Assembly: GCF_046105845.1 (NCBI RefSeq)
Contig: NZ_CP151004.1
Direction: 5' to 3' (one strand)
From: Escherichia coli
Lineage (GTDB): Bacteria; Pseudomonadota; Gammaproteobacteria; Enterobacterales; Enterobacteriaceae
DNA: 64,000 bases
The notes beneath the pieces were generated by a model. That model had not been told where the DNA came from and made no database searches. It saw only the letters and a list, made by a program, of their open reading frames with translations. The first letter of the stretch is position 1. Each line of letters opens with the position of its first letter. Position numbers and translations under genes: made by a program. Below are positions 24,401-35,779 of this stretch, in pieces.

Positions 24401-25225
24401 ATGCAATCACTACATGGGAATTGTCTAATTGCGTACGCAAGACATAAATATATTCTCACCATGGTTAATGGTGAATATCGCTATTTTAATGGCGGTGATC
24501 TGGTTTTTGCGGATGCAAGCCAAATTCAAGTGGATAAGTGTGTTGAGAATTTCGTATTAGTTTCAAGAGACACGCTTTCATTATTTCTCCCGATGCTCAA
24601 GGAGGAGGCATTAAAACTTCATGCACATAAAAAAGTTCCTGCATTACTCGTTCATCACTGTACCAGAGATATTCCTGTTTTTCAGGAAGTTGCGCAACTA
24701 TCGCAGAATAAGAATCTTCGCTATGCAGAAATGCTACGTAAAAGGGCATTAATCTTTGCGTTGTTATCTGTTTTTCTTGAGGATACGCAGTTTATACCGT
24801 TACTTCTGAACGTGTTGCAACCGAACATGCGAACACGAGTTTGTACGGTCATCAATAATAATATCGCCCATGAGTGGACATTAGCCCGAATCGCTAGCGA
24901 ATTGTTGATGAGTCCAAGCCTGTTAAAGAAAAAATTGCGCGAAGAAGGTACGTCATATTCACAGTTGCTTACTGAGTGTAGAATGCAGCGTGCTTTACAA
25001 CTTATTGTTATATATGGTGTTTCAATTAAGCGAGTTGCAGTATCCTGTGGATATCACAGCGTGTCGTATTTCATTTACGTTTTTCGAAATTATTATGGGA
25101 TGACGCCCACAGAGTATCAGGAGCGATCGGCGCAGGAATTACCGAACTGTGGCTCGGCGGCAAGTATGGCTGCGCAAGGGAATTTTTACGGCACTGACCG
25201 TTCTGCGGAAGGAATAAGATTATAG
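24401..25225 (+). CDS. gadX: AraC-family acid-resistance regulator GadX
   Basis: 274-aa ORF with C-terminal AraC-type HTH; AT-rich. Confidence 0.93.
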   Translation: MQSLHGNCLIAYARHKYILTMVNGEYRYFNGGDLVFADASQIQVDKCVENFVLVSRDTLSLFLPMLKEEALKLHAHKKVPALLVHHCTRDIPVFQEVAQLSQNKNLRYAEMLRKRALIFALLSVFLEDTQFIPLLLNVLQPNMRTRVCTVINNNIAHEWTLARIASELLMSPSLLKKKLREEGTSYSQLLTECRMQRALQLIVIYGVSIKRVAVSCGYHSVSYFIYVFRNYYGMTPTEYQERSAQELPNCGSAASMAAQGNFYGTDRSAEGIRL

Positions 25226-25241
25226 AGTTTTACTCAGACAT

Positions 25242-25347
25242 AAAAAAAACCCGGCATAGGGGACCGGGAAGAGGATAGTCTGCCGTCTCCAGACTAATAA
25301 ACCGTTATAACACTCCCTGTTGGCACGGGAAACTTTGTGCTCTCAGT
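25242..25347 (-). ncRNA. gadY: GadY small RNA, cis-antisense to the gadX 3' end
   Basis: Minus-strand sequence actgagagcacaaagtttcccgtgccaacaggg...cccggtcccctatgccgggtttttttt matches GadY as recalled; terminal hairpin plus U-tract. Confidence 0.8.
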
Positions 25348-25593
25348 AAGTTAAATATAACTTTTACTGGAAATAAGATCAGCCATTTTTTTATAAACAT
25401 AAGCTATACGCTGTGCGAAAATATATTCGTGCTGCATTTACTTATTATCAATTAACTGTTATGCAAAACTACTTTGTGGATAAATTTTGGTCCTACCAAA
25501 TCTGGCAGTTTTTGCGCTAAGAAACAGTCTGGCATCATTTCATTAGTATACTGAAATTGAAATAATCGCAGTAATGAAATATAAGGGATAGTC

Positions 25594-26322
25594 ATGACTC
25601 ATGTCTGCTCGGTGATCCTCGTTCGTCGTTCATTCGATATTTATCATGAACAGCAAAAAATATCGTTGCACAACGAGAGTATCCTGTTACTGGATAAAAA
25701 TTTGGCAGACGATTTTACGTTTTGTTCACCGGATACGCGACGACTGGATATCGATGAGCTGACAGTTTGCCATTACTTACAAAATATTCGTCAGATACCA
25801 CGCAATTTAGGGTTACATAGCAAAGACCGTCTGTTAATTAACCAGTCACCCCCCATGCCGCTGGTGACGGCGATTTTTGATAGTTTCAATGACTCTGGGG
25901 TAAATTCGCCGATACTGAGCAAAATGCTCTATCTTTCCTGTTTATCGATGTTTTCTCATAAGAAAGAACTGATCCCCTTACTTTTCAATAGTATCAGTAC
26001 TGTTTCAGGAAAAGTTGAACGCCTTATTAGCTTTGATATCGCTAAACGTTGGTATCTGCGCGATATCGCGGAAAGAATGTATACCAGCGAGAGTCTCATC
26101 AAAAAAAAGTTGCAGGATGAAAATACCTGTTTCAGTAAAATATTACTCGCCTCCAGGATGTCGATGGCCAGACGATTACTCGAGTTACGTCAAATTCCTC
26201 TGCATACTATTGCGGAAAAATGTGGCTATAGCAGTACGTCGTACTTTATAAACACATTTCGACAATATTATGGTGTAACGCCACATCAGTTTGCGCAACA
26301 TTCGCCAGGTACCTTTTCCTGA
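25594..26322 (+). CDS. gadW: AraC-family acid-resistance regulator GadW
   Basis: 242-aa ORF with C-terminal AraC-type HTH, paralogous to GadX. Confidence 0.93.
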   Translation: MTHVCSVILVRRSFDIYHEQQKISLHNESILLLDKNLADDFTFCSPDTRRLDIDELTVCHYLQNIRQIPRNLGLHSKDRLLINQSPPMPLVTAIFDSFNDSGVNSPILSKMLYLSCLSMFSHKKELIPLLFNSISTVSGKVERLISFDIAKRWYLRDIAERMYTSESLIKKKLQDENTCFSKILLASRMSMARRLLELRQIPLHTIAEKCGYSSTSYFINTFRQYYGVTPHQFAQHSPGTFS

Positions 26323-26684
26323 CATATTTTGCATTTGAATATTGGTCAGGATCTCACACCTGCTTCATGTGAAACTCTTCCCTGATGATTTCTGCCGGGC
26401 TACCGGCTAGTTCTCTTTCGCAGTTTGCCAGGCGGTATAGGTATTTTCAGGAGGAAAAGACTCGGCATGTTTGGGATTATTAAGCTGACAATTCATACGA
26501 TTACGGGAATGTGGGTCAGTATTGTGTTGTTTAAATTGATGACGAATGGCTGGAGTGGTTTCTACTTTCAGTGCTGTGTACTAAGCCTGGTATTCCTGAC
26601 GGTTAGCTGGTTGTTGAGTGGTGAATGGTTAGCAGGAAAGAGTAAGGCTGAATCCTCACGTTCAACCTTACTCTCATTTACACG

Positions 26685-29600
26685 TTACGCTTTTTTAAAG
26701 CGGGCAAAGAGATGTTCCACTACAACGAAAAAGACCGGAACGAAGTAAATTGCCAGCACTGTTGCGGCAAACATCCCGCCCATCACGCCGGTACCTACCG
26801 CGTTTTGCGCGCCAGAACCGGCACCATGACTGATAACCAGCGGCAGCACGCCGAGAATAAAGGCCAGAGAGGTCATCAGGATTGGGCGTAAACGCATTCG
26901 CGCCGCTTCGATGATCGCCTCTATCGGCGTTTTCCCTTCTTTCTGCATCATCTCAACGGCAAATTCGACAATCAGGATGGCGTTTTTGGCGGAAAGCCCG
27001 ATGGTGGTCAGCAAACCAACCTGGAAGTAGACGTCATTACTTAAGCCGCGTAGATCGGTGGCCAGTAATGCGCCAACGACGCCTAACGGTACAACCAACA
27101 TCACCGAGAACGGAATTGACCAGCTCTCATAAAGTGCGGCGAGGGCGAGGAACACCACGACCAGTGAAATGGCATACAGCGCGGGAGCCTGGTTTGAGGA
27201 TAACGCTTCCTGATACGACAGTCCGGTCCATGAGTAGCCGACGCCTGCCGGAAGTTTAGCGACCAGGTCTGCCATAAATTTCATGGCGTCACCGGTACTT
27301 TTCCCGGCCGCCGCTTCACCTAAAATCTCCATTGACGGGATGCCGTTGTAGCGTTCCAGTCGCGGTGAACCATAGGTCCATTCGGTAGACGAATAGGCAG
27401 AAAGCGGTGCCATCGTGCCAGAGGCGTTGCGTACATACCACTGGTTGATGTTATCCGGCAACATACGGAACGGCGTGCCTGCCTGGACATACACTTTTTT
27501 CACCCGCCCCTGGTTGAGGAAGTCGTTCACGTAGCTGCTGCCGAAGGCGGTGGAAATTGTCTGGTTGATATCAGACAGCGCCACACCCATTGCCTCGGCT
27601 TTCGCGGCGTTGACGTTCACTTTGAACATCGGTGTATCTTCCAGGCCGTTCGGGCGTACCCCGGTGACTTGATTCGGTGATTGCGCTGCCAGTGATAATA
27701 GCTCGTTTCGCGCCTGGGTCAGTTTTTCGTGCCCCAGGTTGCCGTTGTCCAGCAGTTCCATATCAAAACCTGACGCGGTACCCAGTTCAGCCACCGCAGG
27801 TAAGTTGAACGGGAAGACGACGGCTTTATTGATACTGCTTAACGCAATCATTGCCCGCTGAATGATCGCGGTAACCGAGTTTTCCTCACCGACACGTTCA
27901 GACCACGGTTTGAGGCTGATAAACGCCAGACCGTTGTTTTGCCCCTGGCCGCTGAAGCCAAAGCCGCCAACGGTAAACACCGACTGAACATTATCTTTCT
28001 CTTTAGTCAGATAATAATCCGTCACCTGTTGCAGCACTTTCGTGGTGTTAACCATGGTGGCACCGGAAGGTAACTGCGCGGTGGTCATAAATACCCCCTG
28101 ATCCTCTTCTGGTAAGAAAGAGGTCGGCGTACGCAGGAACAGCACCGCCATCCCGGCGCAAATCAGCAGGTAGACCACCATGTAGCGACCGGTACAACGC
28201 AACAGCGAGCGGGTGCTATCGGTATAGTGCTGAGTTGATTTTTCAAACAGCGTGTTGAAGCGTGCGAACAGGGCGTTAGGTTTATGACCGCCTTCCGGCG
28301 CGGCTTTCAGAATGGTGGCGCACAGGGCAGGAGTCAGGCTCATTGCCACAAATACTGAAAGCAGCATGGAGGAGATCAGCGTGATGGAGAACTGGCGGTA
28401 GATCTCCCCGGTTGCACCGCTCATAAAGGCCATCGGCATAAACACTGCGGAAAGAACAACGGCAATCCCGACCAGCGCACGTTGGATCTGCCCCATCGAT
28501 TTATGCGTTGCTTCCTTCGGCGGTAGCTTATCTTCCGCAATGACACGCTCGACGTTCTCCACCACCACGATGGCGTCATCCACCAGTAACCCTATCGCCA
28601 GCACCATCCCGAACATAGTTAACGTGTTGATGGTGAAACCGACCGCCGACAAGATCGCAAACGTCCCGAGAATAACCACCGGTACGGCAATCGTCGGGAT
28701 GATTGTGGCACGGAAATTCTGCAAAAACAGATACATGACTAGGAAGACGAGGATGATAGCCTCAACCAGTGTTTTAAAAACTTCCTGAATAGAAATTTCG
28801 ATAAACGGCGTGGTGTCGTAAGGATAAACCGTCTTCAGACTTGCGGGGAAATAGGCTGATAAGCGGTTCAGCTCCTCTTTGACTGCCCGCGAGGTATCCA
28901 GGGCGTTTGCTCCGGTAGCCAGTTTGATGGCGATCCCGGCAGCAGGTTTGCCGTTATAGCGCGCCACGGTGGAATAATCTTCCGCTCCAAGTTCGACGCG
29001 GGCGACATCACGCAGCAGCACTTGCGAACCATCTTGCTGAACTTTCAACAGGATTTTGCCAAATTCTTCCGGCGTTTGCAGACGCGTCTGCACAATGATC
29101 GAGGCGTTTAGTTGCTGGTCTGCCGCCTGTGGCATGCCACCCAGTTGACCACCAGAAATCTGGTTGTTCTGCACCTTAATCTGGGAAATAACATCGGAAG
29201 GTACCAGATTGTATTTATTGAGTTTTTGCGGGTCCAGCCAGATACGCATGGCGTACTCGGAACCAAAGAGCTGTACGCTACCAACGCCCGCGGTACGGCT
29301 TAGCGGGTCTTTGATATTAGACGCTACATAGTCCGCGATATCGTACTGGTTGAGGCTGCCGTTATCAGAAATAAACGCCGCTACCATCAGGATATTACTG
29401 CTCGACTTATCGACGCTAATCCCCTGCTGCTGCACCGCTTCAGGTAATGAAGGCATAGCGAGTTGCAGTTTATTTTGCACCTGAACCTGTGCGATATCAG
29501 GAGATGTCCCAGTCTCGAAGGTCAGAGTGATAGAGGCATTGCCCGCCGCATCACTGGTTGAAGACATGTACATCAGGCCATCAAGCCCATTCATATTTTG

Positions 29601-29798
29601 CTCAATCACCTGAGTGACCGAGTCTTCTACCGTTTGCGCATCGGCACCTGGATAGGTAGCGCTGACGGTAATGGTCGGTGGCGCAATCTGCGGATACTGC
29701 GCAACCGGTAAGTTCATGATCGCCAGACCGCCTGCAAGCATCATAATAATGGCAAGTACCCAGGCAAAAACCGGGCGATCAATAAAATAGTTAGCCAT
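26685..29798 (-). CDS. mdtF: RND multidrug efflux transporter MdtF
   Basis: 1037-aa ORF with RND pump architecture ([24 protein letters not shown]...). Confidence 0.95.
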   Translation of the reverse strand: MANYFIDRPVFAWVLAIIMMLAGGLAIMNLPVAQYPQIAPPTITVSATYPGADAQTVEDSVTQVIEQNMNGLDGLMYMSSTSDAAGNASITLTFETGTSPDIAQVQVQNKLQLAMPSLPEAVQQQGISVDKSSSNILMVAAFISDNGSLNQYDIADYVASNIKDPLSRTAGVGSVQLFGSEYAMRIWLDPQKLNKYNLVPSDVISQIKVQNNQISGGQLGGMPQAADQQLNASIIVQTRLQTPEEFGKILLKVQQDGSQVLLRDVARVELGAEDYSTVARYNGKPAAGIAIKLATGANALDTSRAVKEELNRLSAYFPASLKTVYPYDTTPFIEISIQEVFKTLVEAIILVFLVMYLFLQNFRATIIPTIAVPVVILGTFAILSAVGFTINTLTMFGMVLAIGLLVDDAIVVVENVERVIAEDKLPPKEATHKSMGQIQRALVGIAVVLSAVFMPMAFMSGATGEIYRQFSITLISSMLLSVFVAMSLTPALCATILKAAPEGGHKPNALFARFNTLFEKSTQHYTDSTRSLLRCTGRYMVVYLLICAGMAVLFLRTPTSFLPEEDQGVFMTTAQLPSGATMVNTTKVLQQVTDYYLTKEKDNVQSVFTVGGFGFSGQGQNNGLAFISLKPWSERVGEENSVTAIIQRAMIALSSINKAVVFPFNLPAVAELGTASGFDMELLDNGNLGHEKLTQARNELLSLAAQSPNQVTGVRPNGLEDTPMFKVNVNAAKAEAMGVALSDINQTISTAFGSSYVNDFLNQGRVKKVYVQAGTPFRMLPDNINQWYVRNASGTMAPLSAYSSTEWTYGSPRLERYNGIPSMEILGEAAAGKSTGDAMKFMADLVAKLPAGVGYSWTGLSYQEALSSNQAPALYAISLVVVFLALAALYESWSIPFSVMLVVPLGVVGALLATDLRGLSNDVYFQVGLLTTIGLSAKNAILIVEFAVEMMQKEGKTPIEAIIEAARMRLRPILMTSLAFILGVLPLVISHGAGSGAQNAVGTGVMGGMFAATVLAIYFVPVFFVVVEHLFARFKKA

Positions 29799-29822
29799 GA
29801 AAGTCCCCTTAAGCCTGCAACG

Positions 29823-30980
29823 TTATTGTTTCGATTCGGTGCTGGCGTTTTCCTGGCTGGAGGAAATTGCTCGTGCTTTGATACCCGGACGAATGCGTTG
29901 CAAACCGGAAACGATCACCCGATCGCCAGCCTGCAAGCCAGAGGTTACAACCCACTGGTCGCCGATGGCTTTGCTGGCTTCGATTTCGCGTAGCTGCACG
30001 ACATTGTCTTTATCCAGAATGAGCGCCGTTGCTTTACCCTGGGCGTTGTGGGTGACGCCTTCCTGCGGCACCAGTAATACATTCTGGCGGCTACCTTCAT
30101 CCACTAATGCCGTAACGTACATGCCAGGCAGCAAGTCACCATTTGGGTTGGGGAAAATCGCCCGTAACGTCACGGAGCCCGTGGTTTCATCCACCGTCGG
30201 GTCGGAGAATTTCAGCGTGCCGGTCTGGCTGTAACGTTTACCATTTTCCAGATTGAGCTGTACTGGCGTACTGCCCTGAACCTGTTTGATTTGCCCACTG
30301 GCGACCTCTTCTTTCATACGCAAGAAATCCTGCACCGACTGCGTGAGATCGACATAAATCGGGTCCAGACGTTGTACGGTAACCAGCGAATCTGCCTGAT
30401 TAGCGGTAACGAGTGCGCCGACGGTCACCGACGATTTCCCGCTGACGCCCGTAATCGGCGAGGTGACATTCGCGTATTGCAAATTGATCGTCGCCTGTTC
30501 AACAGCCGCTTTGGCGACGGTGACATTGGCTTCTGCTTCATTCAGCTGGGTGCGCGCGGTGTCGTAATCCTGACGGCTAACGTAGTTGGTCTTCAGCAAC
30601 GATGCCTGGCGGTTAAAGGTGATGCGGGCATTGCTGGCGGTAGAGAGCGCTTTCGCCAGCGTGCCTTTGGCGGAGTTCAGCTCGGCCTGTAAAGGTGCAG
30701 GATCAATCTGATACAGCGAATCGCCCTGGTTCACTTTATCGCCTTCGATAAAGTTGCGTTTAATGATAATACCGCCCACCTGGGGACGTATCTCGGCAAC
30801 TTCATAAGGAACGGTTCTACCGGGCAATTCGCTCAATACATTGACCGAACCGGGGGAGAGTGTGACGACACCGACCTCAGGCGTCATGGCGGCAGCGTTT
30901 TCCGCCGATTTGTCATCGCAGGCGGTGAGCATCGCGCCGCAGAATAACAACGGTATTAACAGCTTTCTTCTTCTGTTCAT
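29823..30980 (-). CDS. mdtE: RND efflux membrane fusion (periplasmic adaptor) lipoprotein MdtE
   Basis: 385-aa ORF with lipobox (LTAC); directly upstream of mdtF. Confidence 0.95.
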   Translation of the reverse strand: MNRRRKLLIPLLFCGAMLTACDDKSAENAAAMTPEVGVVTLSPGSVNVLSELPGRTVPYEVAEIRPQVGGIIIKRNFIEGDKVNQGDSLYQIDPAPLQAELNSAKGTLAKALSTASNARITFNRQASLLKTNYVSRQDYDTARTQLNEAEANVTVAKAAVEQATINLQYANVTSPITGVSGKSSVTVGALVTANQADSLVTVQRLDPIYVDLTQSVQDFLRMKEEVASGQIKQVQGSTPVQLNLENGKRYSQTGTLKFSDPTVDETTGSVTLRAIFPNPNGDLLPGMYVTALVDEGSRQNVLLVPQEGVTHNAQGKATALILDKDNVVQLREIEASKAIGDQWVVTSGLQAGDRVIVSGLQRIRPGIKARAISSSQENASTESKQ

Positions 30981-31318
30981 TTTAGTCCCTGAAAATTCTT
31001 GAGAAATAACGGTTCTTTAAATTGCGCGCGAGGAGAGATATGAGGGATTTACAGACCAGCGGCGTAGTGGGGTTGTCAGCCAGTAAGGTGGGATACAGGC
31101 ATAGTGATCGACATGGTGAGGTCAACGACAAAAAAAATGTTGCCGTTCTGCCAACAGTTCCTGCCAGCATTCGGGCAACGAAGGGTTCTACTGGTGGATA
31201 CATATACCAGGGGAATAAAGTCGTTTTAACCTCTCCTTTAGTAATCACCGGGGGTAATGAAATCAGCATCTGCATCCCTCGTCATGCCAGCCATCAATTT
31301 CAGTTGCTTATGTCCTGA

Positions 31319-31846
31319 CTAAAAATAAGATGTGATACCCAGGGTGACGATGTCGCTCATACGTCTTAGTTTCAGCTTGTACATAATGTTGAATTTCTGA
31401 ATCTTTAATGTTTGTTGCGAAATATTGAGCGTCGACGTGATATTGCTTTCATTTTTATTTTTCAGAATCAGTTGCATAATTTTGAACTGATTATGTGAAA
31501 AACATAATTGTGAATTCTTATGGGGCAAGTGTTTACCATAAGTAATCTCAAGAAGATTTTTGATACTTTCTTTGCGGCTGACAAAATAAATAGGCGCTTT
31601 AGCTTTTAGTTTACTGATGTGATAAGGTGCCAAAACAATAATTCTCTCGGCATCTAATTTCTCCAGAAATTTAATCGCTTCTTCATCAAGGATATGATTG
31701 TGATAGGTATCAATGATAACCTTGAAGGGTTTATTACCTACTTTTTTGATCTCTGACAGGGAATTGATTTTTATCATTTCGTGATTATCTTTCAACTGCC
31801 AAAAGCCCTGTAAAAGAAAAGAATCTTTCGTCATGAGAAAAATCAT
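31319..31846 (-). CDS. gadE: LuxR-family acid-resistance master regulator GadE
   Basis: 175-aa sequence from internal Met (MIFLMTKDSFLLQGFWQL...); the ORF extends 26 codons upstream; very AT-rich. Confidence 0.92.
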   Translation of the reverse strand: MIFLMTKDSFLLQGFWQLKDNHEMIKINSLSEIKKVGNKPFKVIIDTYHNHILDEEAIKFLEKLDAERIIVLAPYHISKLKAKAPIYFVSRKESIKNLLEITYGKHLPHKNSQLCFSHNQFKIMQLILKNKNESNITSTLNISQQTLKIQKFNIMYKLKLRRMSDIVTLGITSYF

Positions 31847-32644
31847 AACTTGCTCCTTAGCCGTTATCGTTTCGAACATGTCATCCTTTTCATTATTTAC
31901 ATCCTTGTCCGAATCGTTGTTCAATATAGTAAACGCCTATAAGAACTTTGCCCTTCGTGAACTAATACGTCTATTAACACTAATCAATGCTTCAGATTTA
32001 TCCATCACGCACTCCATATATTGATCCTAAGTAAAATTCCTGGTTGTTATCAGTTTGTAAACAGCAAACAAAAACTTAACGTTTGCGGATTACTGCCCAA
32101 GAATAAGTTATCAATAACCAGTTTGTGATCTCTGAAGAATATTACTAAAGTTAAAATGTAATCCGATTTAAATATCGAGTCTCCTTGTTTCGACTTAAGC
32201 TGGCAATTGGATTGCCAGCTTTCTTTTAACGCATTGAAATTACCTGAGTAAATAACTCATTCATGTCTTCAGGTTTTTATATAGCGTCTGGAGACACGGA
32301 TATTTATGCAATGTAATCAACGCCAGTTGCAAAAAAATGAACCCGGATTACTTATTTAACCGCCCATAGCATCAACGCTTACGGAACTCTTTGTTCACTT
32401 TCCCACAGCACTTTTAAAACATTAAACCTGACTACGGAAAATATCAGCCATGATAATGTTTGAAATGGCTAATTTGCCATGGAATGAAAAAAATTAGATG
32501 AAATTCAGTAGGTTGAAATAATCATCAGCAGGTAATTATTTCAATGATAGTGCGCAATTGATCTACAACGCTGTGTAGCGGAGAGAGTATTAATCGGATC
32601 ATAGTCACATCAAGTGACTATGATCCGGGTGACAACAGGGATAA

Positions 32645-33217
32645 TTATTGCTGCTTAACGAACAAACTGGCGAAGCTGAACAGGCTGGCGGCGCTAAATA
32701 TCAGTTCAATACCCACCAGTGTGGAAACCAAAGTTACAGACACCATCGGCGTTGCACCAAGGAATATCCATGCAATGACGATATCCAGCACACCAATAAC
32801 GAGCTGTAGCCAGCTGCCTTTCATTGAACGCTGACGATACCAACTCATCAGGCGAATAACCCCTGCAACACAGAACAAACCGGCAATAAATGCCGCAATG
32901 GCAAAAATGCCCAGCTCCGGTGCGCGGATGAAGAAATAGCCGATCAATAAATAGGCGACTGCGACGAGGAAACCGGATAATACAGGCCAGAAATTATGAC
33001 TGCGGTTGCTGAATAATCCAACAATAAGCGCTATGCCCGAGCAGATTAATAATGCACCCACTACCGTGCTTAAAATATCGCCAGAGACGAACGGGAAACT
33101 GATACACAGCAACCCGACGATAAACAGTAGCACGGCAATAAACTGGATTGCTCTGCGATGCTTTTTCAGCATCTCCAGATCAAACTTCAAAATTGTTGCC
33201 TTATCTATATATAACAT
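32645..33217 (-). CDS. hdeD: Acid-resistance membrane protein HdeD
   Basis: 190-aa ORF with about 6 TM segments, divergent from hdeAB. Confidence 0.93.
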   Translation of the reverse strand: MLYIDKATILKFDLEMLKKHRRAIQFIAVLLFIVGLLCISFPFVSGDILSTVVGALLICSGIALIVGLFSNRSHNFWPVLSGFLVAVAYLLIGYFFIRAPELGIFAIAAFIAGLFCVAGVIRLMSWYRQRSMKGSWLQLVIGVLDIVIAWIFLGATPMVSVTLVSTLVGIELIFSAASLFSFASLFVKQQ

Positions 33218-33471
33218 AGAACCACCCTATAAAATTAAGAAGAAAATCCCCTGCTATCAATCTATGCCAAAAACGCGTCTAAGAATGCAGTCGATTTAAT
33301 AAAAATTTCCTAATTACAGTATCTGATGCATCTGTAACTCATTGTATTGAAATAAAAATATCTGATTTTGATATTTTCCATCAACATGACATATACAGAA
33401 AACCAGGTTATAACCTCAGTGTCGAAATTGATTCGTGACGGCTCTTTCACTTTATAGTTGAGGATATTACG

Positions 33472-33804
33472 ATGAAAAAAGTATTAGGCGTTATTCTTGG
33501 TGGTCTGCTTCTTCTGCCAGTTGTGAGCAATGCAGCGGATGCGCAAAAAGCAGCTGATAACAAAAAACCGGTCAACTCCTGGACCTGTGAAGATTTCCTG
33601 GCTGTGGACGAATCCTTCCAGCCAACTGCAGTTGGTTTTGCTGAAGCGCTGAACAACAAAGATAAACCAGAAGATGCGGTTTTAGATGTTCAGGGTATTG
33701 CAACCGTAACCCCAGCTATCGTTCAGGCTTGTACTCAGGATAAACAAGCCAACTTTAAAGATAAAGTTAAAGGCGAGTGGGACAAAATTAAGAAAGATAT
33801 GTAA
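33472..33804 (+). CDS. hdeA: Periplasmic acid-stress chaperone HdeA
   Basis: 110-aa ORF with signal peptide (MKKVLGVILGGLLLLPVVSNA). Confidence 0.95.
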   Translation: MKKVLGVILGGLLLLPVVSNAADAQKAADNKKPVNSWTCEDFLAVDESFQPTAVGFAEALNNKDKPEDAVLDVQGIATVTPAIVQACTQDKQANFKDKVKGEWDKIKKDM

Positions 33805-33919
33805 TTCCGGGAATGCGTTACATCGTACTTCCTTGCATATTGAACAGGCCGGAATATCTTCTTTAAAAGCAGCTATTCCGCCTGTTCATATATAATCTCT
33901 ATATTGAATGGGTTACAAA

Positions 33920-34246
33920 ATGAATATTTCATCTCTCCGTAAAGCGTTTATTTTTATGGGCGCTGTAGCGGCTTTGTCACTGGTGAACGCACAATCTGCG
34001 CTGGCAGCCAATGAATCCGCTAAAGATATTACCTGCCAGGAATTTATTGATCTGAATCCAAAAGCAATGACACCGGTTGCATGGTGGATGCTGCATGAAG
34101 AGACAGTATATAAAGGTGGCGATACCGTTACTTTAAATGAAACCGATCTCACTCAAATTCCTAAAGTGATCGAATACTGCAAGAAAAACCCGCAGAAAAA
34201 TTTGTATACCTTCAAAAATCAAGCATCTAATGACTTGCCGAATTAA
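33920..34246 (+). CDS. hdeB: Periplasmic acid-stress chaperone HdeB
   Basis: 108-aa sequence from internal Met (MNISSLRKAFIFMGAVAALSLVNAQSALA...). Confidence 0.93.
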   Translation: MNISSLRKAFIFMGAVAALSLVNAQSALAANESAKDITCQEFIDLNPKAMTPVAWWMLHEETVYKGGDTVTLNETDLTQIPKVIEYCKKNPQKNLYTFKNQASNDLPN

Positions 34247-34258
34247 TGAGGTACAAGT

Positions 34259-34306
34259 AAAAAGGAGTAGCAAGTTGAGCCATCTTGCTGCTCCTTTTTG
34301 CATTTT
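34259..34306 (+). terminator. Hairpin plus T-tract after hdeB (partial terminator ahead of yhiD)
   Basis: aaaaggagtagcaag / cttgctgctccttttt stem followed by ttttgcattttt. Confidence 0.6.
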
Positions 34307-34309
34307 TAT

Positions 34310-34957
34310 ATGACAGCAGAATTTATTATACGTCTTATACTCGCAGCAATTGCCTGTGGCGCTATTGGCATGGAAAGGCAAATACGCGGCAAAGGAGCAG
34401 GGTTACGCACACATGTATTAATTGGCATGGGAAGCGCCCTGTTTATGATTGTTTCGAAATATGGTTTTGCTGACGTACTGTCTTTAGATCACGTCGGACT
34501 GGACCCCAGCCGTATTGCTGCTCAGGTGGTGACGGGCGTCGGGTTTATCGGTGCAGGTAACATTCTCGTTCGTAACCAAAATATTGTAGGTCTGACGACG
34601 GCAGCGGATATCTGGGTGACCGCCGCCATAGGTATGGTTATTGGCAGTGGTATGTACGAACTGGGTATTTATGGTTCAGTGATGACCTTGCTGGTGCTGG
34701 AAGTCTTCCATCAATTAACCTTCCGCCTGATGAACAAAAATTACCATTTACAGCTGACATTAGTGAACGGTAATACGGTATCAATGCTCGACTGGTTTAA
34801 GCAGCAAAAAATAAAAACGGATTTAGTTTCGTTGCAGGAAAATGAAGATCATGAAGTGGTCGCCATTGATATCCAGCTTCATGCCACGACGTCGATAGAA
34901 GATCTGTTGCGATTATTAAAAGGTATGGCAGGGGTGAAAGGCGTTTCAATTAGCTAA
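34310..34957 (+). CDS. yhiD: MgtC/SapB-family inner membrane protein YhiD
   Basis: 215-aa sequence from ATG (MTAEFIIRLILAAIACGAIGMERQ...); the ORF track starts at an upstream TTG. Confidence 0.9.
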   Translation: MTAEFIIRLILAAIACGAIGMERQIRGKGAGLRTHVLIGMGSALFMIVSKYGFADVLSLDHVGLDPSRIAAQVVTGVGFIGAGNILVRNQNIVGLTTAADIWVTAAIGMVIGSGMYELGIYGSVMTLLVLEVFHQLTFRLMNKNYHLQLTLVNGNTVSMLDWFKQQKIKTDLVSLQENEDHEVVAIDIQLHATTSIEDLLRLLKGMAGVKGVSIS

Positions 34958-35008
34958 TCTGTATAGTTATTTATTCGCAGGAGTACCAAAGCGGTACTCC
35001 TGTTGGTT

Positions 35009-35779
35009 TTAATGATCGAGGACGATCAGTGGTGAATGGTTGGCAGGATCTTTAAGTACGGTAATATCCGCGCCGTAGAGCATTGTCAGCGCCTGCTGTG
35101 TCAATACATCCTGCGGTTTACCATTTGCGATAACCTTTCCTTTTTGCATTAATACAATACGGTCTGCATAACGTGCGGCAAGATTTAGATCGTGCAATAC
35201 GCAGCAAACATTGAATTGCCGTTCGTGAACTAACTGGCGTAATAAACGGAACAAGTGCTGCTGATGGTGAATATCCAGCGCCGAAGTTGGTTCATCAAGA
35301 AATAACCATTTCGGTGAGGGAGTAGGTTCCCAGAGTTGCACCAGCAGGCGCGCTAATTGCACGCGCTGTTGTTCACCACCGGATAATTGCCGATAGTCGC
35401 GGTTTGCTAACGCCTGACAGTCACATAACGCCATTATTTGTGCTGTTTCATTATCCTGATTACCAGTACGATGCGGATGCCGACCCATCTGGATAACTTC
35501 TTGTACGCTGAATGGAAACGCCATGTGGCTATTTTGACGCATCACGGCCCGGTGTTTCGCCAGTTCAGTAATCGACCATTCATTTAATGGCTTATTAAAC
35601 AACCGACATTCGCCGCTATCAGGTTGAAGATAGCCGGTTAACTGGCGAAGCAGCGTAGATTTTCCCGCACCATTAGGGCCGAGAATGGCAACAATTTCCC
35701 CACCGGGAAAAGTCAGCGAGACATTATCAGTCAGACGCCGCCCCTGAAGGCTATAAACCAGATTCTGGGCGCTGATCAT
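35009..35779 (-). CDS. chuV: Haemin ABC transporter ATP-binding protein (ChuV/HmuV)
   Basis: Walker [13 protein letters not shown] signature LSGGEQQR, Walker [12 protein letters not shown]; start at internal Met (MISAQNL) overlapping the chuU stop as ATGA. Confidence 0.9.
   Translation of the reverse strand: MISAQNLVYSLQGRRLTDNVSLTFPGGEIVAILGPNGAGKSTLLRQLTGYLQPDSGECRLFNKPLNEWSITELAKHRAVMRQNSHMAFPFSVQEVIQMGRHPHRTGNQDNETAQIMALCDCQALANRDYRQLSGGEQQRVQLARLLVQLWEPTPSPKWLFLDEPTSALDIHHQQHLFRLLRQLVHERQFNVCCVLHDLNLAARYADRIVLMQKGKVIANGKPQDVLTQQALTMLYGADITVLKDPANHSPLIVLDH

Noticed and set aside
26425-26748. 107-aa plus-strand ORF in the gadW-mdtF intergenic region
   Set aside because: No convincing SD and its 3' end overlaps the mdtF 3' end on the opposite strand; more likely chance ORF in terminator or promoter DNA.
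31022-31318. 98-aa plus-strand ORF between mdtE and gadE
   Set aside because: Antisense within the gadE-mdtE intercistronic region; no RBS.
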